This document shows, piece by piece, positions 8,309 through 18,026 of a stretch of 20,000 bases of DNA. The position numbers and the translations under genes were made by a program. The notes under the pieces are model-generated. The model searched no databases. It saw only the letters and a program-made list of their open reading frames with translations, and had not been told where the DNA came from. Origin of the DNA: Malassezia furfur (lineage: Eukaryota); NCBI GenBank assembly GCA_052055015.1, contig JBQJIT010000019.1. One strand, 5' to 3'. Position 1 is the first letter of the stretch. The number at the start of each line of letters is the position of its first letter.

Positions 8309-9959
8309 TCAGGACGCACCAGTTTTGTCTTCCTTGTCCTTGGCGTCGGACTTATCCTTCGACTTGTCCTCGGGCGCCGCGTCGGCGCTCGGCTTGTTAC
8401 CCTGCGCGTCAGGCTGTGCCTTGGTTTTGGACGCCGCATCGCCCGCCGGCTCATCCTGCGGCCCCAGTTCGCCGCCCCAAATCGGGCGTGCGGGAGCCTT
8501 TTTGGTGTCGGCAGGCTTTTCGGCGTCCTTGGTCTTGGTCGTCTTTTTGTCCTGCATCTTGGCACGCGACTGCCGGAGGGCCTCGGTCACGGGCCGCGCA
8601 CCTTCCACGTCGTCCACAAACTCTTGCAGCAGCTCTTTCTGTCGCTTCGTAAGAGATCTAGGGTTAGCCGTGCGGAAGAGGGGGTACATACCTTGGGATC
8701 GTAATGTCAAATTGCACCATCAAATCGCCGTGCGACTCGTAGCTCTTGCGGTTCGTCAGGCGCGGTACGCCGCGGCCGCGCAGCACCATCTCCTCGCCCG
8801 GCTGCGTGCCCGACGGCACACGGACCTCGACGTCGCCGTCCAGCGTAGGCACACGCACTTTGCCACCGAGCACTGCCGTGTAGAAGGGAATGTGTGCAGG
8901 GTAGAACAGGTTCGTACCTTGGCGGCGCCAGATGCGGCTGGGCGCGACGTTGATACGCACCACAAGCGAACCTGCCTGCCCGTCACCCATGAGCGGCGCA
9001 TCTCCTGCTCCGTCCATCCGAATGCGGTAGCCATCGTCCACGCCCGCAGGGATGTTCACCGAAACCGTCCGCTTGATGCGGACGCGGCCGGCGCCCGAGC
9101 AGGTGTTGCACTCGTCACCGGGTGCAACCGTTGAGCCCGTGCCGTTGCAAGCAGGGCAGCTGCTTGCCATCTGGAAGCCGCCCTGGATCACAAACGTCCG
9201 TGTGCCGGTCCCGTTGCAGACCTCACACGTCTTGCGCTTCGCCTCAGGCTTGAGGCCCGACCCGGAGCAGGGCGTGCACCGCTCAATGGGCGAGATGGTC
9301 ACGGTACGGGTCGTACCCTTGCAAGCCTCATCAAAGGTGATGTTGATCGACGTGTCAATGTCTTCGCCACGCGTGTCCGCGGCAAAGCCGCCGCGCGCCG
9401 AACGGCCACCACCGAACGCGCCGCCGCCAAAAGCACCTCCAAAGAGCGACTCGAAGATGGACTCGGCACTACCCGCTGCATGGAAGCCGCCGAAGCCCGC
9501 GCCACCGAAGGGCGAACCGCCGCCGCCGAACGGATTGAAGCCGGCGGAGCCATCGGTAGTGCCAAACTTGTCGAACGAAGAGCGCTTCTCTGGGTCACTC
9601 AACAGGTCGTACGCGGCCTGAATCTCCACAAAGCGCTCCTTGGCGCCGGGCTCCTTGTTCGCATCGGGGTGGTATTTTTTGGCGAGTTGGTAGTATGCGT
9701 TCTTAATATCCTTAGCAGACGCGTCTTTGCTAACGCCCAGGGTCCCGTAAGGATCTTTGGGCACGCTCTCCCGGCGATTGCTCGTGCTGAACGAGCGCAC
9801 GCCGGCAATTAGCGCACCCTCGCGGCGCAGTGCATGGGTATGTTGGCGGCTCGCCTTGCGCGTGTGTGGCGTACAGGAAGTGAGCGTGCAGAATTGCGCG
9901 GAACGAGTCGGATGGCGTGCAGACGACCGGGAAAAGGCCCGGAGTCCTCCCATCGCCAT
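8309..9959 (-). CDS. MDJ1: Mitochondrial type I DnaJ chaperone Mdj1, about 538 aa; exons 9959-8692 and 8657-8309
   Basis: Arg/Ser-rich presequence-like N-terminus, J domain (KDPYGTLGV...LAKKYHPDANKE), G/F-rich region, four CxxCxGxG repeats and a DnaJ C-terminal domain. A 34-nt intron at 8658-8691 (GTATGT...GCTAAC-CCTAG) joins ITIPR to SLTKRQKELL. The start is uncertain (ATG at 10004, 9959 or 9953). Confidence 0.9.
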
Positions 9960-10152
9960 CTCGACACCTCCTTTCCTAGGTTGTCCAACAACGGATCCAG
10001 TCATGAGAAGGAGAGACGCGCGTGCGGCCGTGCTGCGTCGTTTATGTTCCGACCGAAATTCGGGTCGAGCTCGGCTTCCTACACTCCAGAAAATTCTTTC
10101 TATTGGCAAGCCACCCCCTCTTCCACGTGGGCGTGTGGAGGTTCGCTCGGCC

Positions 10153-10817
10153 TTACAATTGGGCCGGGGGAACCAGCTTGAGCGCGGCCAGGAAGGCCTG
10201 CGAGTACCTGGATGTCAGTCGCGTCAAGGCGGTCCACATACTGCAAGCATTGATCGTATACGGTCTGAAACGCATGATCGCCGAGCTTGAGTTAGTAAAG
10301 GCACATCGTACATACATAGTAAGGATCGTAAATCGTCTTCTTATCGTCGCTGAGTGAGTGTAGACCACGCACAATTCGGAAAAGAGCATGACCCTGATGT
10401 CAGCAAGAGCCACATACTGTGCTTTGGTCCCCTTCGGTTGGATACGCTTGAGGTTCTTGATGTTGTTCGAGCTGCCATTAGCCCATGCGTGCAGACGTAC
10501 TCCATGCCAAAGATGTAGTCAAACTTGTCGAAATCGCCCCGGTCAATGCTCCGTGCGAATGAGTTGATCGGCACGTTGTTCTTCCGGCAGATTTGTGTGG
10601 TGCTGCGTGAGCATGATGGCGCCTGGGTGCGTACATACCGCAGATCGGGCTCCTCGCCGACGTGGTAATCGGCGGTACCGCACGAATCAATCACACCAAA
10701 CTTATCCTGGACATTGTTCCGACGGACCGATTCGGCAAACACGGCCTCTGCCATAGGACTACGGCAGATGTTGCCCAGGCAGCAGAACAACACGTTGATC
10801 TTGTCTGCTCCACCCAT
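10153..10817 (-). CDS. LTP1: Low-molecular-weight protein tyrosine phosphatase, 162 aa, 7 exons
   Basis: Active-site loop VLFCCLGNICRSPMAEAVF. Removing six introns (10603-10638, 10472-10500, 10394-10417, 10350-10372, 10286-10315, 10208-10241) restores FDYIFGMDSNNIKNL, VMLFSEFDD, IYDPYY and FQTVYDQCLQYSQAFL, and gives a family-typical length. Confidence 0.92.
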
Positions 10818-10893
10818 CGTAGCAAATAACCGGGCGCACAAATCCCCGCTGATGTAAAAAGGTCCAATTTTTTGGCCAGTGGGTCTACCTCAT

Positions 10894-13031
10894 CTACGGC
10901 GCCACGGCGCCAAGCGCTGCCAGTGCGTGGAGGAAACCGGCCGGGTTGAGAATCTCGGTGCTCCCGTAGGTGATCTGCTTCAGGCTGCTTGTCCCCGGGG
11001 CCACTCCACCGGTGGCCGCCACCGAGCGAGCCACATACTCCTGCAGATTGGCGTATTCGACATAGCCGCCGCCGCCCACCACAAACACAATGGCATGCGC
11101 AAACGGCTGTCGTGCTTTGGCCCCGCCAGCCGCCATGGCAGTCCCGCGACCACGCGGCTGCCGAGGGTCAATGTAGAGGTACTCGTCCGTCTCCTGGAGC
11201 GCCTGGGCATTGCTCGCCGCCGGGTCCATGATAGAAGCAACCAGGCGGGTCACTGTAAAGTCCTTCTGAGCGGGTAGGAAGTTCTTCACACCGGCCACCA
11301 GATTCTCTAAGCGCGAGTCCTTTAGCCGGTCGGTAAGGCGGCTACCAAACGAGCTAAAGCCGCGCAACAACTCGCCGCCGCTGCTCTGCGCCGGCTGCGG
11401 CGCCGATGCCGCCAGGGAGAGCTGCGTGAGCTGCCGAATCTTTTTAACATATTCCAGCGCAGCAAGTTCCACGCCCTGTTCTTTGAGCACTGCCTCGAAT
11501 TCCTCCATGTCCTTCTCGTTCAGTGCATGGTTGGGGAGCGACAGGTAGTAGATCAAAAAAAGGCGCAGTTTGTCTTCCGCACCCTTCATCTCGGGGTTGC
11601 GCAGCGCTTCCAAGATTGCCGTCTTCGACTGGCGCGTGATGGATTCCTCCAGCTGATACAGCTCGTCCAGTCCTCGCGTCTTGATCCCCTGCAATAACGC
11701 CGTTGCAATGTTCATATGGGCGTCGATCGTCTGTTTCCGCGCCGTGAGTTTCGGCAGGGCGGTGACGGCGGCTTTGAGATGCGACGCGTTCGACGACGCA
11801 TCCAGCTGGCCAACTTCGTCCATGCTGCTGATTCCAGTCGAGCGCATAATCTCGTTCGCCTCGGTACGGTAGTTGTTCAGCTCGGCATCAATGTCCTCGG
11901 CGACCTGGGGGAAGGGTAGCTCGGCGTTCTTTGCCCAGAAGTAGTCCCGCGCATCCAGGTCGTAGGACCGCTTGGCCGCCGCTGGCTTCTCCGGGTCCTG
12001 CACCGTCACACGGTTCAGCTTGGTGTCTAGCACATCCTGCACCAATGCCTGGTAGGTCCATGAGTGAGCAATCATCGGGACCAGATCGACATTACGGTCC
12101 AGCAGCACCAGAACGGGCCGGTTGTTCATCCATGCAGCCGTTCCCACATTGCTCGACGCAAACAGCCCCGTCGCACCGCGCGAACCGGCGGTCTGCTCGC
12201 GCAGCTTCGCCTCCAGTTTCCGCGCGACCAGCTCGGCAGCACTGCCCCGCGGCGCACGAATGATGGGGACGGTCCCCATCGTGGCCAGCATGGAAAGAAG
12301 ACCGCCGGCAATCCGGTCCGTCTCTGCCTCGACTTGCTCCTGGCCCAACCCGGGGTGGTGGAGACGCTCGTAGGTCGTAGGAACGCGCTGCGGCGCTGAT
12401 CCACGCTGCGCAGGCGCCGCGGACCGCGGGAGCAGCTGGAACAGGTTAGGCTGCAGCACGATGAAGTTGAGGTATTGATCGTAGACCTGACGCACTTGGA
12501 CACCATTTCCCGTGCGAGCGACCTGCTGTGCCAGCTCATCTAAAAGCGGACGCGGCACGGCCGAGGTAAAGTTGATGTAGATAGACTCATACAGACGCGC
12601 ACCAACATCCTTAGCGATCCGCGCAATGTTTTCGCTGGTCGGAGAAACAAAATACACGGCAGGCACGTCGGGGAGCGGCGGCCGCTCAGAATGCAACTGC
12701 CTGCCGGTGAGTTTCCGTGTACGTACAAATGGAGCGTCACGCCATTCTCACGCAGGTCCTGTACCCGCAAGCTGGTGGACAGGATATCGGTGCTCGTTGG
12801 GTCCATGACGAGCACCTTCCACACGGGCGGTGCTTTGGGCACACTGGCCTTCGCTTCGTCGTCGCCGCCCGTTTTGTTCGCACCTAGGTGCGTAAAGTCG
12901 GGATCATTGAAGTTGAGCAGTGACACAAGTGAACGCATCTGTGCTCCGCGCAGCTGTCCCAATGCATCTTTGGAATAGGTACCGGCACCTGCCGATCCAT
13001 TCCCTGCGCTGGCCCCGCCTCCAGATGCCAT
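10894..13031 (-). CDS. SLY1: Sec1/Munc18-family ER-Golgi trafficking protein Sly1, 703 aa; exons 13031-12727 and 12700-10894
   Basis: PVWKVLVMD...[15 protein letters not shown] joined to [21 protein letters not shown] through a 26-nt intron at 12701-12726. Further motifs are [31 protein letters not shown] and [14 protein letters not shown]...YGSTE. Confidence 0.95.
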
Positions 13032-13182
13032 AATGCGCGTTGGGCTGATGGGAAGTACACGCGACGGGTCATGCCACGTGCGCCGAATAAATTTGGTCAG
13101 CAACCGGCTACCGGCTGATGCGGGGTGCATACGTCGCCTTAAAAAATCTTGGCTCGCGTGCGCCGTGCCTTTATCTGAAGCC
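13032..13182. promoter_or_regulatory. 151-bp bidirectional promoter region (SLY1/TES1) with CACGTG at 13075-13080 and short A/T tracts
   Basis: Divergent ATGs at 13031 (-) and 13183 (+). Confidence 0.55.
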
Positions 13183-14344
13183 ATGTCCTCGACGCAGTCC
13201 CTCACGCCTCAGCAATGGGACGAACGGCTCCGTGAATTGACACAGGTAGAGGAGATTGGGCCTCTCCTTTTCGAAAGCTGCTCCGACGTACGTTTTCTAT
13301 CTAACGCAGACGTCGTATAAACCCGCTGCAGGGCGCGCTGTCTTTGGCGGCCTCCTCATCGCGCAAGCAATGGATGCGGCCAATCGAACCGTTCCTAAAG
13401 GGTACCACCAGCATGTACGTCGTCTCACTTACGTTTGAGGAAATGCATGTGCGTAGCGCCGCGCTAATTTAGGGAAAGTTCTTGAATCCAGGTCAAACCC
13501 GCAAATTCCACTTCGAGGTAACGCGACTGCGTGATGGTCGCTCCTATGCAACCCGACGCGTCGACGCTATCCAAGATGGCATTCTCGTTTTTACCGCGTC
13601 CATGTCGTTCCAGCGACCGGAGCAAGACCAGCCCGAGTATTTCGCTCCGCCGCCTGTTGTGAACGCCGCGAGCAAATTCGAACTGCTGCGCGAAGTCCCC
13701 GATGGACACAGCAACGTTGCGACACATGTACTCCCTCCGGAAATGTGCTTGTCTGGTGAGAACCTGTTCGACTATGCCATGGAAAATATGTCCAAGGACA
13801 GCAGATGGTATGCTTTCTTGGAAGCGACCAAGCGACACCAGGAATGGCTGCCGGTGGAGTATCGGTACGTGGCCGTCTTACCCAGCGTTGCTGTGCCCAC
13901 CATGTTCAACAAAATGGGAATGTACCAATTTGGTACCAAGGTTGCATTCTGGTTGCGGTCAAAGGGACCGTGCGTTGGCAACGAGAATTATCAACGCACC
14001 GTACTTGGATTCCATGTTGAGTACGTTTAGGTTCTTATTCAGCCAATTCCTGCTGGGAGCAATGCAGGCAAACATCAACAAAGGCCCTCCTTCCATGATG
14101 GCAAGCCTGGACCATACCATGTGGTTTTCCAACGCGTTCCACATGAGCGACTGGCTTCTAATGGTCGTGTGTATTCACTTTTGCTTACCCAGATTGAAAA
14201 TCAATCCACCAGCAATGGCCGTGCACTCATATTGGCCCGTATTTACAACAGTAATGGTGTCTTGGTTGCAACTACGGTATGCTATGGCATCGCTTATGAC
14301 AGATCCAAGAGGGCGTCCTCCGTTACAAGGCATCCAGGCTATAG
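13183..14344 (+). CDS. TES1: Peroxisomal acyl-CoA thioesterase II (TesB/ACOT8/Tes1 family), about 331 aa, 8 exons, C-terminal PTS1 (SRL)
   Basis: Motifs GRAVFGGLLIAQA, RLRDGRSYATRRVDAIQ, MMASLDHTMWF, GRALILARIY and IQEGVLR. Introns are at 13288-13309, 13415-13439, 13449-13472, 13865-13885, 14021-14042, 14167-14192 and 14277-14302. The spliced end reads YKASRL-stop. Confidence 0.88.
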
Positions 14345-14378
14345 AACACCACAGACATTAACACCTCCACATCTGTAT

Positions 14379-15840
14379 ATGGTTCCCAACGCGCGGAGCG
14401 TTGCTGTGTTGGAGAGCGTTCCGAGTTATGACGATTTTTTGGTACGCGCGAGGGGCTGATACAGAATACATACTTGCTCCCAAACATCCCTGTGATTATC
14501 CCATTTGACCTCGTCCAAGATTGGCCCGCTTATACCGACCTCGTTGATGGAGGCAAGGTGCATTGGACAGCACTCGCGTCTCGCTATGGTGATCACGAGG
14601 TGCCCGTCATCACCAAGAGCGACGAGGGATGTCACCCTAAGACACAGAAACTAGCTGAAGCGATTAAGCAGATCGAAAGAGCATCAAATGTGCCAATATA
14701 CATCAAAGATTGGCACCTGGTTCGCACAGCGCGAACCGATGCCTTGTCGCGTACTTCTGACGATCCCTCGAGCCGCACCTTGCCCTATCGTACACCCTTT
14801 CTGTTTGCTGATGACTGGATGAACAATGTTACACTTCCCGCGAAGAGCGATGCCGCCCCCTTTCTACCCGACGCGTGGCTCCTCTCAGAGCGTGGGGTAC
14901 CCCTTGAGTCAGATGATTTCCGGTTCTGCTATGCTGGCACAAAGGGTTCTTCTACACCTCTTCACCGAGATGGTAGGTACAGAGTACCACTGACACAGTC
15001 TGTTCGTACTAAACCTAATGCAGACGCGTCCTATTCCTGGAGCACCAATATTGCTGGACGGAAACGTTGGCGTCTTTTCGCGCCGGAGGATGCCCATTTG
15101 TTACGACGTACGTCGGATGCTCACAACAGGATTCCCTGATCGGCGTACCTCCGAACTTGCCCCCTCATTTGCAGTCATGGAGGCGTGGCGTGCCGACGGA
15201 AAGCTCGGACCGTACAGCGACGGCCTCGAAGGATGGACAGGGTGGGAGGAAGTTCGCTCGCGTGTATATACAGTGGAACAAGAGGTACGCGTGCTTTTAA
15301 CACAGCCGGGGCAAACTATATTTGTTCCATCAAATTGGTACCATGAAGTTGAGAACCTTACGGATTGCTTGAGCGTGCGTTGCAAAACATCACACAGCTT
15401 AATCACAATTGGTGCAACTCGGTGAACCTCATCAGCATGTATGAAGCCATGGAACACGAGGTATGTTGTGGACACGCCGCTGAGTCAGACCGACGATGTC
15501 ACGGAGGCGTTGAGCGATGTCCGCGAGATGCTTCAGCAGAACAACCCATCGGACTGGCAAACTGAGTTTGCAGGTCTTGTCCAAGACATTGTGCGCCAAG
15601 ATGCAGGCTGGGCCTGGGAAGGATTCTGGCACATGATCTTGCATAACATTACCCAGGTACCGTGTCAGGTACGTCGCGTCACTAATAAAGTCTATCTACC
15701 GCCCTTCCGAAGATTTTGTCTACGCTCGTATTCGTACGCTGATCAGCCGCTTCTCTCACCGAGAGGAAGCCGCCTGGCTTCCAGCCTCGGTTACAACAGA
15801 GCTTCGCCAGCTTTCGGCTGCGGTGGGACGGAACAATTAG
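14379..15840 (+). CDS. JMJD4: JmjC-domain 2-oxoglutarate/Fe(II) oxygenase, JMJD4-like, about 424 aa, 9 exons
   Basis: The spliced product contains PSYDDFLNTYLLPNIPVII, YIKDWHL, FADDWMN, DDFRFCYAG...TPLHRDVYASYSWSTNIAGRKRWRLF and QEPGQTIFVPSNWYHEVENLTDCLSLNHNWCN. Introns are at 14442-14464, 14973-14998, 15002-15023, 15108-15129, 15285-15305, 15375-15397, 15461-15488 and 15669-15690. Confidence 0.85.
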
Positions 15841-15907
15841 TCAGCATGTAGAAGAAGACGTCCCTCGCGGTAGGATGCAACGTTGCTCTTTTCTGCCTTC
15901 TTGCTCG

Positions 15908-18002
15908 ATGAACCACTCGGACGCGTTCGCACACAGCTCAAAGTACCGCTCTGGAAGTGCATGGGATATGCACCAAAACAACATTCGACCCTATTGGGAA
16001 ACGAACTCTCCAGCTGCCGAAAAGTATGCATCTCCGTCGATCCCGGCTGCTGCGCAGCTCCCCACGATGCTCCAATCGATGTATGTGGGCGAGCAACCGG
16101 CACCAACCCCGAATTGGTCGCCTGATCAGCAGCAATGGCTCTACCTTGATCCGAATGGGAATGTACAAGGCCCCTTTGCAGCCACGTCGATGCAGTCCTG
16201 GTACGAGCAGCAGTATCTTTACATGGACTTATTGGTGCGTAAAGCCGAAGAGACCACCTTCCGCCCGCTCTACAGCGTCGTGCAGGAAACGGCCAACTCG
16301 GTCACTCCATTCTTGGTCCCACCTATAGCGACCAAGAGTGCACCACACACGCCCAAACAGCCGGCTCGCACGACATCGGCGGGGGTTGCTACCCCCTCGG
16401 CGTTTGCGGCGGCCCCAGCGGCGGCTCCTTCTCCGGCGCGCGTACCGCAGGCCGAGGCGCTTGAGTCCGCACGCTCCCAGGTCGTTCCAGAACCGGAGCC
16501 CGCGTCGAATGCGGACACCCAGCCGCCGTCTAATCTCACGCCCGAAGATCTGAACACAGCCCTCCGTGTGATGAAACAGCTAGAGTCGATGCTCGTTAAA
16601 AATGGCGCATCGGAGGTTCAAATTACCGAGATGCTTCAGCGCGCAATCTCTACAGCGATGCCGCATGCCAATGCGGCTGGCATTGACCAGATGCAGGCTG
16701 CCGTGCGGGACCAGCGCGGGGAAGCTGCTGCTGAACGAGCCACGTCTGCACCGCAACAGGCTGCGCGGGAAGAGCCTGCGCCGGAAGCGCCGGCAGAGAA
16801 CGTGTCGAGCAAGTCCACGGCGCCTTCTTTGCCAGACGATACCCAACCCTCGTCACAGGACACCCCGAAAGAGAAGCCCAAATCACGTCGCGCAGCGAAG
16901 CGCGAGGCACAGGCCGCTCGTGAAGCGCAGGCTGCTGAGGCTGCGACTGCGTCGGAGCCAGGTACCACCGCCCCGGAGATGGTGGCTCAGGCGTCGGACG
17001 CGCCGGCCGAACCTGTGTCCTCGGGGTCCTCGTCTGCGCTCCCTCCGAAGCCCAAGGTGGCTCCGTGGGCGTCGCCCGCGCAGAAAGGGCCCGCGCAGAC
17101 TTCGCCTGCACCCAAATTGCGTGAGATTCTCGAACGCGAGGAGCGCGAGCGTGCTGCGCGCCTCGCCCAAGAAAAGGCACTGGCTACTGCGCGTCTGGCA
17201 CACGAGGGGGCAGCGCCTGCGCCTGTTCAGACGACACCGACTCGCTCGTCGTCTGGTGCTGCCTGGAGTATACCTACCAAGACACCGGCCGCGAAGTCGC
17301 TTTCTCAGATTCAGCAGGAGGAGAGTCTCGCAGCGGAGCGTGCCAAGGCGGCGCTGCCGCCGCGTCCTGCGGCATACAGCAGCTCTGCTACGCGTGGTGC
17401 GACTACAGCTGAACCGCCCCGCCACAATGAGCCATGGACCAAGGTAGGTGCCCAGGGCAAACCCGTGCCTGCCGCTGCGCCGAAGCCTGCAGCGCCCCCG
17501 AAGCCTGCGGCTGCGCCGAAGCCTACCGCTTCGAAGCCTGTCACGGCGTCAGTGTCCGCACTGGCCGTCGACCCGACGCCCGCGTGGACCGACAGCGAGA
17601 GTGGGTGGGTCACGAAAAAGTCCAAGGGTCAAGTGCGCCGCGACGCGCTAAGCCAAATGAACGACGGGATTCCCCGCCCGACGGGCGCTCCTGCTGGGCT
17701 TTCCGCACCACAACCGCAACGAACGGCCCCCTCTACGACGCCGCTGCCGCCCAGCCCCGAATTCTTGCGGTACTGTCGTGAGCAGCTGCGCGATCTCCAA
17801 GCGAATGGTATGTTCTGTTTCTAACGCAGTCGACGAGTTCTTGGACATGCTCCTGTCCTTCCCCCTGAACCCGTCGCCCGACGTGGTCGAGATCATTGCC
17901 GAGGCAGTGTACGCGAACAGCAAGACGCTTGATGGCCGTCGCTTTGCGGCCGATTTTGTCAATCGGCGCAAGAAGGACGCGTTCCGTGCAGTAGCTTTGT
18001 AA
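15908..18002 (+). CDS. GYF-domain protein (Smy2/Syh1/GIGYF-like), about 690 aa; intron at 17808-17829
   Basis: GYF-like domain QWLYLDPNGNVQGPFAATSMQSWYEQQYLYMDLLVRK, a long Pro/Ala-rich middle region with LREILEREE and SLSQIQQEE motifs, and a conserved C-terminus PSPEFLRYC...NVDEFLDMLLSFP...LDGRRFAADFVNRRKKD after removing a 22-nt intron. An alternative in-frame ATG lies at 15875. Confidence 0.85.
17471..17539 (+). repeat. Coding minisatellite of three 18-nt units plus a 15-nt degenerate unit (AAAPKP-AAPPKP-AAAPKP-TASKP)
   Basis: gccgctgcgccgaagcct / gcagcgcccccgaagcct / gcggctgcgccgaagcct / accgcttcgaagcct. Confidence 0.8.
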
Positions 18003-18026
18003 TGAATTAGCAACAGAGGGCAAGTT

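Noticed and set aside
10153..10164. LTP1 C-terminal AQL as a cryptic PTS1
   Set aside because: It does not fit the canonical (S/A/C)(K/R/H)(L/M) consensus, and there is no other support.
13750..15750. Low-GC stretch as a possible centromere or horizontally acquired island
   Set aside because: It is fully occupied by intron-rich eukaryotic genes and is only moderately AT-rich, with no intergenic AT core, integrase or flanking repeats.
13183..15840. TES1 and JMJD4 (and likewise LTP1) as frameshifted pseudogenes
   Set aside because: Every frame break coincides with a GT...branch...AG mini-intron, and the spliced products keep key motifs and family-typical lengths.
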